A DNA stretch of 59,021 bases from a virus (lineage: Duplodnaviria; Caudoviricetes), in IMG/VR virus record IMGVR_UViG_3300047669_002431, positions 1 through 59,021 of that record; one strand, given 5' to 3'. The notes under the pieces were generated by a model. It searched no databases. It had not been told where the DNA came from and worked only from the letters and a program-made list of their open reading frames with translations. Numbering within the stretch: position 1 is the stretch's first letter; each line of letters begins with the position of its first letter. This document shows, one piece after another, positions 49,160-57,337 of the stretch. A program made the position numbers and the translations under genes.

Positions 49160-49746
49160 TCAGCCTTCAGCATAAGAAAGATTATTTAAAACACCTAAAT
49201 GATAACACCTTTTGTCGCTTGGGTAGTTCAAGAATCTCTGGAGTTGGCGTGTTCGCTTTAGTAGATATCCCTGAGAACATTAACCCCTTCATAAGTTTCC
49301 CCTTCAGAGAAGAGCTTTCTATAGACGTTTCCCCACAAGAGCTTTCCTCCCTAAGACAGGAGGTACAGGAATATATAAAGGACTTCTTTGCTCAAGACTC
49401 TCGCTGCAACTACCCAGTAAAAGCTACTGGATTAAATGATTTAAACATAACCCACTACGTCAACCATTCCGAAAGTGCGAACCTTCACATCGACACTGGC
49501 TCCCCCCTCCCTTCCGCCTCTACTAAAAATGAATCACCCCAAGATTCGCGCCCCTCTCCCCCCTCGCCTCTTCATGGAGCTCTGAATACTTTTTTAACTA
49601 AAAGGAGAGTCCTGAGAGGGGAAGAATTAACTTGTAATTACAGAGGCTTTTTAAGTGTAAATAATAATACAGATCAATTTAACTTTTTAAGCAGAGAAGA
49701 TGAAGCCGGTATTTCAATTTACGAACACAAAGGGGGTAAAGTATGA
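49156..49746 (+). CDS. SET-domain protein (putative lysine methyltransferase)
   Basis: SRISGVGVFA, YVNHS..AN, RGEELTCNY. Confidence 0.85.
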   Translation: MISLQHKKDYLKHLNDNTFCRLGSSRISGVGVFALVDIPENINPFISFPFREELSIDVSPQELSSLRQEVQEYIKDFFAQDSRCNYPVKATGLNDLNITHYVNHSESANLHIDTGSPLPSASTKNESPQDSRPSPPSPLHGALNTFLTKRRVLRGEELTCNYRGFLSVNNNTDQFNFLSREDEAGISIYEHKGGKV

Positions 49747-50035
49747 TATTATCTTCAGGAAGCCCCACAAGGCCAATGGGGACGACGTAGACGGCCTCTG
49801 TGAAGACCCTTGCGAGTCTAAAGCTAATTACAATCCCCGCATTTACATTAACCCATACTTAACTAAGAAATCAGAGCTAAATACATGCATACATGAGATG
49901 GCGCACGCTTTTTTTTGGGATAAAAGTGAAACCGACATCGCTAGATACGCGGATGTAGTGAGTAATTTTCTTTACCAGAACGGATGGAGGCTGCCTAAGA
50001 GAAAATTTCGGGCTCCCTTGCGTAGCAAGAAATGA
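49700..50035 (+). CDS. Zincin-like metallopeptidase domain protein
   Basis: DGLC..., IHEMAHA (HExxH) followed by E. Confidence 0.7.
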   Translation: MKPVFQFTNTKGVKYDIIFRKPHKANGDDVDGLCEDPCESKANYNPRIYINPYLTKKSELNTCIHEMAHAFFWDKSETDIARYADVVSNFLYQNGWRLPKRKFRAPLRSKK

Positions 50036-50116
50036 TTTAAGAATTTTGAAGAGTGAGTAAAATGGAGGGAAGAGTATTTTAAATCAAATAATAAATTTCA
50101 TAGAGCTTATTTAAAT

Positions 50117-50314
50117 ATGACCCCCGAAGAAGCAGAAAAAACTAAAGAGAATTGCCGCAGCCTATTAAATGATATAATTTTAACGGCTGAAGAGCAGGAC
50201 GCGGTTCATAAAGTTGCAGCTATAAAAGCCGGAAAAGGGTCGCAAGCCGTGGGTCAAAGCTGGATGGTTTTTCACTTAAAAGCCTTAAAAGAACATTTAA
50301 ATGAAGTATTGTAA
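50117..50314 (+). CDS. Hypothetical protein
   Basis: 65-aa ORF in a co-directional run. Confidence 0.55.
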   Translation: MTPEEAEKTKENCRSLLNDIILTAEEQDAVHKVAAIKAGKGSQAVGQSWMVFHLKALKEHLNEVL

Positions 50315-50492
50315 GCGCTCAACATTATTGATTGCATACAAGGAAATTAATTCCATTCTCTTAAAGCTAGAGAAAGAATACTTAGAGTTAGCTCGGAGTT
50401 CTCCAGAAAATACCGGAGAAGGGATTTACGGAGTTTATGCTATAAAAAAAGTAAGAAACAATCTTTTAAACCTTCTGCAAGAACGTGAGTAA
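50301..50492 (+). CDS. Hypothetical protein
   Basis: 63-aa ORF overlapping both neighbours. Confidence 0.5.
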   Translation: MKYCKRSTLLIAYKEINSILLKLEKEYLELARSSPENTGEGIYGVYAIKKVRNNLLNLLQERE

Positions 50493-51024
50493 TTTTCTTC
50501 GATATACTAAAACATATTTAGTGGGTCACATGCAATACTCCAACGGAAGAGATTGGAGAGAGTATGCGGAAAAAGAGTTAGGTTCCCTTAATATAACCGC
50601 CTTCAATCCCTACAAACATCCCTTCCTTAAAGACATCGACGAAGGAGAGAAGAAAAGAGAAGAAATGAAGCTCGCAATCGAGCAGGGGGATTACGAAAAA
50701 GCGGCTGCATGGATGAGAGATGTTCGCAGCTATGATCTTAATTTAGTAGATAGATCAGACTTCATTATCGCTCATTTGATTCCGCACGTTGCAAGCTGGG
50801 GGAGCGGGGAAGAGTTGGTAACCGCCGTGAGAATGAAAAAACCCATTTTCGTAAGCATAGAAGGAGGAAAGAAGAAAACTCCCTTATGGATACTCGGCCA
50901 GATTCCACCTAATTACATATACGGCTCAATAGAAGAGGTCATCGCGATGATAAAGAAAATAGATTCCGGAGAAAAAGAAGTTGATAGCGAGAGGTGGAGA
51001 CTCTTGAGAGAGGACTTGAGGTAA
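50485..51024 (+). CDS. Nucleoside 2'-deoxyribosyltransferase-like / nucleotide N-hydrolase
   Basis: YLVGHM, WRE, FNP, DLNLVDRSDFII, GSGEEL, KPI. Confidence 0.75.
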   Translation: MSNFLRYTKTYLVGHMQYSNGRDWREYAEKELGSLNITAFNPYKHPFLKDIDEGEKKREEMKLAIEQGDYEKAAAWMRDVRSYDLNLVDRSDFIIAHLIPHVASWGSGEELVTAVRMKKPIFVSIEGGKKKTPLWILGQIPPNYIYGSIEEVIAMIKKIDSGEKEVDSERWRLLREDLR

Positions 51025-51608
51025 TGCCACTTCGAGACAAAGAAAAACGTGCCGCCTACAAAAAGGTCTATAACAAAGCCTATCGTGAAGCTAATAAGGA
51101 TAAAATCAAAGCTTACTTCGAAGCCTACTACGAAGCTAATAAGGATAAAAGCAAAGCCTACTACGAAGCTAATAAGGAAGCTAATAAGGGAAAGAAAGCT
51201 GCTCGAATGAAAGCTTATTACGCAGCTAATAAGGAAAAGCACCTTGCTAGACAGAAAGTCTACAAGCAAGCTAATAAGGAAAAAAACAACGCACACGTCT
51301 CAAAACACAGAGCCTTAAAGAGGCAAGCTATACTACCGACAACTGATAATGAATTAATAAAAAACCTCTACAAGCGAAGAGTAGTCATGACAGAGGAGAA
51401 TGGCGAACAATACCACGTCGATCACATTATCCCGCTGTCCGTTGGGGGAGCGCACCATCAAGACAACATAAGGATAATCCCCGCCAAGGAAAACCAAGAA
51501 AAGGGTAACAAATACATCCCCGAACTCGGCGGCGTCTGGGCTGACAGCGCTTTAGCAAGAGAAACAAAAAAGAAACTTAAAAATAAAATAATTTTAAAAA
51601 AGTATTGA
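51024..51608 (+). CDS. HNH endonuclease (homing-type) with repetitive helical N-terminus
   Basis: YHVDHIIPLSVGGAHHQDNIRIIPAKEN..KGNK; YYEANK repeats (GAAGCTAATAAGGA); start MPL at 51024. Confidence 0.9.
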   Translation: MPLRDKEKRAAYKKVYNKAYREANKDKIKAYFEAYYEANKDKSKAYYEANKEANKGKKAARMKAYYAANKEKHLARQKVYKQANKEKNNAHVSKHRALKRQAILPTTDNELIKNLYKRRVVMTEENGEQYHVDHIIPLSVGGAHHQDNIRIIPAKENQEKGNKYIPELGGVWADSALARETKKKLKNKIILKKY

Positions 51609-51632
51609 CTCAAAGTTATTATTATCTACAAT
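51605..51632 (+). promoter_or_regulatory. sigma70-type promoter
   Basis: TTGACT-16-TACAAT upstream of ATG 51647. Confidence 0.6.
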
Positions 51633-51646
51633 AAGTCTCATAGCCA

Positions 51647-52036
51647 ATGGAGTGCGATAAATGTAAAAAAGATGTTGACCCCCGCGATGACGCGGTAAGA
51701 GTATCTGCAATTGCATGGAATGAGCCTGAGACTTTGCTTTTCGGTGGCGTACGACACGTACAATGTAGCCCCAGCAGAGCACAACATATTGTCCACCCAG
51801 ACTTTTCACCAGTTTTTGATGACCGCTATAGCTTTGATAAAAGACAATGGACCGACCCTGACCATCCGGTATACCAAAGGCATGGTCCAGATTTCGCTAA
51901 AGAGTGCGAAGATCGATATACTAAAGCGTGGGCACAGCTTCAAGACGAGTGCGACTTAGAAGAAGCTAAAGAAAAGATTTTCAAGCGCAGCCCTTACGTC
52001 GAATTAAAGGAGAAATTAAAGAAGTCATGCAAGTAA
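51647..52036 (+). CDS. Hypothetical protein with CxxC...HxxC (possible Zn binding)
   Basis: CDKC and RHVQC motifs. Confidence 0.6.
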   Translation: MECDKCKKDVDPRDDAVRVSAIAWNEPETLLFGGVRHVQCSPSRAQHIVHPDFSPVFDDRYSFDKRQWTDPDHPVYQRHGPDFAKECEDRYTKAWAQLQDECDLEEAKEKIFKRSPYVELKEKLKKSCK

Positions 52037-52380
52037 TAGTTTACTACAATCCGAAAAAGAAGTGCCTAGAAATTAAAGGGCGCAAGGGTAATCGCGGCCA
52101 TTCCGTAAGAAATGGAAAGCAACTTGACGTTCTTAAACGAACCCATGCTTTGGATTTGGGAGATGTGTCTCTCAATAGGAGAACCTTCTCAGGAAAGGTG
52201 GACTTAGACACGATTCGCTCTTTAGAAGAGAAAAAGTCTCCACGTCCCAAGTGGAAGAATCAAGTCGTGATAAAGAAAAGGGACGGCGTCAATAAACTCA
52301 TTGATGTTAAAACGGGTAATAAATTAGAAGCTTATGCTCCTAGACTCTTCCTAGAAGATTGTAAAATTTTTGCACTGTAA
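52027..52380 (+). CDS. Hypothetical basic protein
   Basis: 117-aa ORF overlapping the previous gene. Confidence 0.55.
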   Translation: MQVIVYYNPKKKCLEIKGRKGNRGHSVRNGKQLDVLKRTHALDLGDVSLNRRTFSGKVDLDTIRSLEEKKSPRPKWKNQVVIKKRDGVNKLIDVKTGNKLEAYAPRLFLEDCKIFAL

Positions 52381-52403
52381 ATAAAAAGAAAGAAATAAAT
52401 ATT

Positions 52404-52808
52404 ATGATTATGAAAGAGTTAGTAGAAATGGAAACGCCGCAAGTCCAACCCTTGTTGGTGAATGGAGAAGATAGTTCTCCGAGTTGCTTCAGAATGCCCC
52501 TAGATACTATGAGGGCGGCAACGCCTGAAGAGGCTACTTTATCAGTTCACTTAGTTGACGATCCAATCATCGGATACTTTAGGGGCGGAAAGTTTAAGCA
52601 TTATACCAATGGTGGGGCTCAGATAGAACTCAGCAAGGATAGTCCTGCTGATTGGGATAAGTCAGAAACGCAAATTTTCTTTACTGAGGGGTTCTCCGAG
52701 AGGATTGTGGCTCCGTTCAGAAATGAGAATGGAAAGATTAGTCCCCAAGGATTGAAGACTCTTGGCGAGATGGCTATTTACGAGTATCTCGTACATACAG
52801 ACCTTTAG
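52404..52808 (+). CDS. Hypothetical protein
   Basis: 134-aa ORF. Confidence 0.6.
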   Translation: MIMKELVEMETPQVQPLLVNGEDSSPSCFRMPLDTMRAATPEEATLSVHLVDDPIIGYFRGGKFKHYTNGGAQIELSKDSPADWDKSETQIFFTEGFSERIVAPFRNENGKISPQGLKTLGEMAIYEYLVHTDL

Positions 52809-52831
52809 TGCTTATTGTTCTTTAAAATAAT

Positions 52832-53020
52832 TTTGCCGGTTGATCGCTGGCAAAGGGTGTGACCGAATAAACTGCTGTCGCGGCAGTTAAGGTACAGCGC
52901 TCGTAGGCAGGAGATTACCGTCTCTAGGGGCTTACAAGGGCTGGTTCAAAGTAGGGTTTCTCACTGAAACTCAAGCTGTGACTCCGAAACGATGGAGGTA
53001 AATGAGATTCCTCCCACCCA
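52832..53020 (+). ncRNA. Highly structured ~190-nt RNA (possibly manA-motif-like)
   Basis: Nested helices with G-U pairs favouring the + strand: 52832-39/52847-54, 52855-59/53015-19, 52870-77/52881-88, 52893-98/52975-80, 52910-15/52920-25, 52954-60/52966-72, 52994-98/53010-14. Confidence 0.75.
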
Positions 53021-53033
53021 CTAATTTCTAAAA

Positions 53034-53435
53034 ATGCAAGATAACGTTAAATACTTTAAAGAGGAAGACAGGTTTTATGTCTTAGTCGATTATCCTTACG
53101 ACGGAGCGCGAATTAACACCGTGGAAGTCGTTAAGGATTATGTTTCTTTGGACTTAGATATGAACTCCGGAGGAATTTACCTAGTTGAAATATACAAAGT
53201 AGCCGACCTCCTTGAGGCTAGCTTTTCCGACGAGAAGATTAAGTATAGTGGTGATACCGATTCACTTTCTATTTCTCTAACGCCCAATGACGATACGGAA
53301 GGCCCATGCGATTTAGTTTTTAGGACCGAAGATGAAGTTATGATTTCCTTAAATAGGACCGAAGTGGGAAATCTAACTGGAATTGAGATAGTAGGCTTTC
53401 AGTTTGCAATTAATCACAAAGACTTTATTGTATAA
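53034..53435 (+). CDS. Acidic protein with two DUF2283-like repeats
   Basis: VKYFKEEDRFYV..LDLD..GGIYLVEI and IKYSGDTDSLSI..GNLTGIEI. Confidence 0.6.
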   Translation: MQDNVKYFKEEDRFYVLVDYPYDGARINTVEVVKDYVSLDLDMNSGGIYLVEIYKVADLLEASFSDEKIKYSGDTDSLSISLTPNDDTEGPCDLVFRTEDEVMISLNRTEVGNLTGIEIVGFQFAINHKDFIV

Positions 53436-53449
53436 GTGTATTAATAAAT

Positions 53450-53524
53450 GTGAAAATTATTTATTTTATAATGGGTCTGGGAATAATAGCGTGGGAAGAA
53501 ATTAAAAAATTAATAAAAAAATGA
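53450..53524 (+). CDS. 24-aa membrane micro-protein, not in the ORF track
   Basis: GTG 9 nt after AGTGTA(53435); MKIIYFIMGLGIIAWEEIKKLIKK; ATGA overlap with 53521. Confidence 0.5.
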   Translation: MKIIYFIMGLGIIAWEEIKKLIKK

Positions 53525-53988
53525 ACCGTAGAGACTTTATTAAAGCTGTCCCAGTCCTTGCCCTTGCGACTTCAGTTACGGAAACTACAACACAGCAACC
53601 GAGCGTAATCAAAAGATTCCCCTATTACGTTAATTGCTACATTCAAAACCAAAAACACTGGCCCCTAGAGGAATATGAAGGCGGGATTTTTGGAGAAGGG
53701 CAGCACAAAAAATATGAGATGGGTCATGCGGGCGAGAAGTGGGTTGACGGTAAATTACGTTTTTACGGATTCAAGCTAGCTATAGACTTTATTGAGATTC
53801 ACAGCTTAGTTGTTCCGTTTGAGCATGAAATTGCTTATGAGATTTTTCACGAGAGGACAAGTGACCCCCTTACTCCTCCCAAGCATATTTATAATTATTG
53901 GGCAAAAATAAACCCTTTCAAAGAAATTAAATGGATTCGACCAGACTACATTGATCATGAATCAGACGGCTTAATAGAATATGCTTAG
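53521..53988 (+). CDS. Hypothetical protein with twin-arginine (Tat)-like signal
   Basis: MNRRDFIKAVPVLALA. Confidence 0.6.
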   Translation: MNRRDFIKAVPVLALATSVTETTTQQPSVIKRFPYYVNCYIQNQKHWPLEEYEGGIFGEGQHKKYEMGHAGEKWVDGKLRFYGFKLAIDFIEIHSLVVPFEHEIAYEIFHERTSDPLTPPKHIYNYWAKINPFKEIKWIRPDYIDHESDGLIEYA

Positions 53989-54337
53989 TAAACTAACTCT
54001 TCAAGAGAGGTATTACATCTTTGTATCTATTTGCTTAGTATGGATGATGGGGCATCAATCTTATTATACTTATCGCGCCGACGAGCTTATTCATGAAGCT
54101 CTAGAGGAGGGCAATAACCTCGTTAATAGATACAACCGAGTAAACGACGAACTTCAACAAGAAAATACGGGGCTAAAACATAACTTGATACACGAACAAG
54201 TAATGCATCAAGCCTCCAAGGGTCACAGGAAGATGCTTGAGGGGCAAATAAATGCTATAAGCAATTACTATCGCAAGGAAATCGTAAAAGTGAACGACGA
54301 GTTATTTGACTTAAAGCATAAGGAGAAAGATGAGTAA
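53981..54337 (+). CDS. TM-anchored coiled-coil protein
   Basis: YYIFVSICLVWMMG followed by heptads. Confidence 0.55.
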   Translation: MLSKLTLQERYYIFVSICLVWMMGHQSYYTYRADELIHEALEEGNNLVNRYNRVNDELQQENTGLKHNLIHEQVMHQASKGHRKMLEGQINAISNYYRKEIVKVNDELFDLKHKEKDE

Positions 54338-54725
54338 TAAAGGTTTAGAAGGCGTGCGAGGCGAGAGCGGAGTGCATAACAAAGCTAAGGTCGTAGAGAA
54401 GGATTGGGGCCGCGAAATATGGATAGCTAATAACCAAGAGGAAAATTATTGCGGTAAGATTATACAGATACACCAAGGCTATAATACCTCTCTTCACTTT
54501 CACTTAGAAAAGCACGAAACGTTCTATATTACCAAGGGAATGCTCCAAGTAGAACTTATTTGCACTGTCGAAGGGGTCTCGATGACAAAGATTTTGAGTA
54601 ACGGAGACTCGTTGACTATAGATAGAGGGCAGCCTCACCGCTTAACGGCTTATGATGGAGATGTTGAATTTATAGAAATAAGCACTTTTCACAAAGACTG
54701 CGATAGCTTAAGGATTAGCCGGTGA
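54330..54725 (+). CDS. Cupin (mannose-6-phosphate isomerase / sugar isomerase-like)
   Basis: KDWGREIW, YCGK, SLHFHLEKHETFY, QPHRL, EIST. Confidence 0.8.
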   Translation: MSNKGLEGVRGESGVHNKAKVVEKDWGREIWIANNQEENYCGKIIQIHQGYNTSLHFHLEKHETFYITKGMLQVELICTVEGVSMTKILSNGDSLTIDRGQPHRLTAYDGDVEFIEISTFHKDCDSLRISR

Positions 54726-55222
54726 TTTATTTGCTATACGGACAGCCCGGATCAGGCAAGACTACTCTAGGCAAACTATTAGCGGAGAGCCTCAACACTC
54801 CCTTCGTTATTGACGGCGATGAATTTAGGGGGATGTTCGCAAACGAAAACTACAGTAATCTTGGTCGTGAAGAAAACCTTAAAAACGCAAACGCCGTAGC
54901 GACTTATCTAAATAAAAAAGGGAGTCGAGATGAGTGGTCTGCTATTTACTTCAAGAAGACAGGAAACTTGATACAAGGTCGGCCTGTGAAAAACGCTACT
55001 GATGTAGTTATGTGCTTAGTGAGTCCATACGAGCGTTTAAGAGAAGACTTAAAGAAAAATAACGACGGTTGCGTTACAGAAATCTTATTGACCTCCGCTA
55101 GAGAGCTAAGAAAAGAATACCACGCGGAAGATTTTGAAGCAGGAAGCCCAACCTATAGGCTTACTACAGATTCGAAAATAGAAGATAGCTGGAGTAGGTT
55201 AAAATTTATGCTAAAAATATGA
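54722..55222 (+). CDS. Adenylyl-sulfate kinase-like P-loop kinase
   Basis: GQPGSGKTT, IDGDEFR, GREEN, LVSPY. Confidence 0.75.
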   Translation: MIYLLYGQPGSGKTTLGKLLAESLNTPFVIDGDEFRGMFANENYSNLGREENLKNANAVATYLNKKGSRDEWSAIYFKKTGNLIQGRPVKNATDVVMCLVSPYERLREDLKKNNDGCVTEILLTSARELRKEYHAEDFEAGSPTYRLTTDSKIEDSWSRLKFMLKI

Positions 55223-55950
55223 AGCTAGATTTACCTAATGTAACTTTAGTGTGCGTGGAAGACAGAGGAGAAGAGCTTGTCCTCACTGCTTCTGAAATAA
55301 TTTCCGGAATAAAGGATCACATTAATTTTTATGACGTGAAACTTTTATCTTCCACCTCTCTGAAAGGAGTAACGCATAAAATTAGCCCAATCAATAACTT
55401 AAAAGATTATAATATTTTTATTTTAAATGAGTTAATAAATTATGTAGATAGCGAGTTCGTGATGATGATCCAAACTGACGGTTATCCGATTGCACCACAG
55501 AACTGGTCGCCGCTTTTCTTAAATTATGATTACATTGGTGCTCCTTGGTCACGTACCCTAAACAAGAATGAGGCGTCTGTGCCAATTACGCCAACGGCAG
55601 AACAGTTGCTTCTGCGGGCAGGAAGGAGCGTAGGAAACGGAGGCTTTTCATTACGCTCTAAAAGACTACTGAAAGAAGTAGCTTCTCGTAATTACCAATG
55701 CACCCCCCTTGATTGGGACGAGTTTGACGTCAAGGGGTTTGAGTTTAATGAAGATGAATATGTATGTCGATATTTAAATAAAGATTTAATTTCCAAAGGC
55801 TTCACTTTCGCTCCCGTAGAAGTAGCTGAAGCTTTTTCGATTGAGAATGATTTGTGGGTTGGTCAATTTGGTTTCCACGGTCACGATACTATAAAATTAA
55901 ATAAAAGGTTTGGAGGTTTTAAGTTTAACCGTCACGTTTACGAATTATGA
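55219..55950 (+). CDS. DUF5672-like GT-A protein
   Basis: QTDG, YDYIGAPW, VGNGGFSLRSK, NED, AFSIE, FGFHG. Confidence 0.8.
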   Translation: MKLDLPNVTLVCVEDRGEELVLTASEIISGIKDHINFYDVKLLSSTSLKGVTHKISPINNLKDYNIFILNELINYVDSEFVMMIQTDGYPIAPQNWSPLFLNYDYIGAPWSRTLNKNEASVPITPTAEQLLLRAGRSVGNGGFSLRSKRLLKEVASRNYQCTPLDWDEFDVKGFEFNEDEYVCRYLNKDLISKGFTFAPVEVAEAFSIENDLWVGQFGFHGHDTIKLNKRFGGFKFNRHVYEL

Positions 55951-56288
55951 GGTTCTTTTTATTTAAAATTTTATTTAAATTGACTTGGTGGGTGGCCCCA
56001 AATAAACTTCGCATTAATAAGGTTTTTAACCTTTATTTAGAATATATTAAAGCGGAGGAAGCTTTTGCTGAGTGCCAAAGGAGGCAAGCGGAAATGGATG
56101 CGTGCACTCAACCCCGCACTGAAACTTATGAACATCTTACCTGCAAGAGACAGAGAGAGATTTTTAAGGACTCGATGCCTCCGCGAGTAATGGATAGCTC
56201 ACCAAGGGCTCACTATTCAGATTACGACGAAGCCGTAGCTTATCATGAGAATAGATTAAAAAAATATAATGAAAAACATCTTAAATGA
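55947..56288 (+). CDS. Hypothetical protein
   Basis: Overlap-coupled ORF. Confidence 0.55.
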   Translation: MRFFLFKILFKLTWWVAPNKLRINKVFNLYLEYIKAEEAFAECQRRQAEMDACTQPRTETYEHLTCKRQREIFKDSMPPRVMDSSPRAHYSDYDEAVAYHENRLKKYNEKHLK

Positions 56289-56560
56289 AAAAACATTGGG
56301 ATAACACCACCTCCCCCTCGACTTACGTTATATCCCGAAGCGTTTCAAATGGGAAGTATCGTGTTTTTAGGGAGGTTTTTAGAGGGGGCTACGTGGACGG
56401 GATGATGTATATTAAATCTCTTGATAATGGCGGTATGATAAGCTTTGCGAGTGACTACCTTCCGGTCGTCAGAGAGACCGCCAAAAGAGCATACAGAGCC
56501 TTGATGGCTCAAAAAGAATTGAGGCGAGAAATAATTAAATTAAAAAAACAAATAAAATGA
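56285..56560 (+). CDS. Hypothetical protein
   Basis: ATGA-coupled ORF. Confidence 0.55.
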   Translation: MKKHWDNTTSPSTYVISRSVSNGKYRVFREVFRGGYVDGMMYIKSLDNGGMISFASDYLPVVRETAKRAYRALMAQKELRREIIKLKKQIK

Positions 56561-57075
56561 AAATATTATTTTTTTTATTATTAGCTCTTAGTTTAAACGC
56601 TGCCCCTTCTACTCATAAGTCAGTGTCAAATAATTTAAATACTATCGTCATTAAAGAAATAACTCTCGATGATCTTACAATAGAGGAGTTTATGAAATTG
56701 CTTCAGGATAAGTCAGGAGGCAAAGTAAATTTCATATATTTTCAAAAAAAAGAGGTAAACCCTCCCCCAGCAGTACCTACCAATAACGTCCCCGCTTTCG
56801 ACCCTTTAACTGGGTTACCTATAGGTAATCTTCAGTTTAATATTCCGCTCCCCATCGCTCCCCTAGAGCCCAAATCCCCCAGAATAAGAGCGATTCACGC
56901 TTCTCTTAAAAATATTACCCTTAAACAGCTTTTAGATATCTCTATCATTTGCTTTGATCAGCCCATGAAGTACGTTGTAGCTGATTTTGGAGTAGTATTC
57001 ATTCCCCTTGAAGACGGAGAAAAACAACTCTTCTTACGTAGATATCAAATAAATCCAAATATTTTTAAAAGATAA
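56557..57075 (+). CDS. Secreted protein resembling a secretin N-terminal (STN-like) domain
   Basis: Signal peptide MKILFFLLLALSLNA; LNTIVIKEITLDDLTIEE..VNFI, DPLTGLP, LKNITLKQLLD...KYVV.DFGVVF. Confidence 0.55.
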   Translation: MKILFFLLLALSLNAAPSTHKSVSNNLNTIVIKEITLDDLTIEEFMKLLQDKSGGKVNFIYFQKKEVNPPPAVPTNNVPAFDPLTGLPIGNLQFNIPLPIAPLEPKSPRIRAIHASLKNITLKQLLDISIICFDQPMKYVVADFGVVFIPLEDGEKQLFLRRYQINPNIFKR

Positions 57076-57087
57076 CGACGGGATAAA

Positions 57088-57246
57088 ATGAGAAAAGCGA
57101 GCTACGAGGGATGGTTAAAATGGAGAGAAGAATACCGTGAAAACAACTCAGAGATGTTTAATAAAGAAGAATCAACCAAAGAACAACAAATGGAAGCTTG
57201 GGAAAAATCTCTCAGGGAGTCAGACTCAGGCCACAGACCGTGTTAA
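57088..57246 (+). CDS. 52-aa hypothetical protein, not in the ORF track
   Basis: MRKASYEGWLKWREEY...GHRPC, fills an intergenic gap. Confidence 0.5.
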   Translation: MRKASYEGWLKWREEYRENNSEMFNKEESTKEQQMEAWEKSLRESDSGHRPC

Positions 57247-57252
57247 AAACAG

Positions 57253-57336
57253 ATGATTGAATACCTTTTATTACTACAAATACCTTTTTATATAATTGCT
57301 GCGGGGGTTTGGTACATAGCTCGGAAGATGAAATAA
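57253..57336 (+). CDS. 27-aa single-TM micro-protein, not in the ORF track
   Basis: MIEYLLLLQIPFYIIAAGVWYIARKMK, ends 1 nt before the next ATG. Confidence 0.5.
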   Translation: MIEYLLLLQIPFYIIAAGVWYIARKMK

Positions 57337-57337
57337 T

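Noticed and set aside
50913-51296. Hydrophobic 127-aa minus-strand ORF
   Set aside because: Antisense shadow of the Lys/Glu/Ala repeats of the HNH gene.
52855-53020. tRNA or tmRNA call
   Set aside because: Closing stem is only 5 bp, the loop is 11 nt without TTC, and there is no anticodon arm, CCA or tag ORF; kept as a generic structured RNA.
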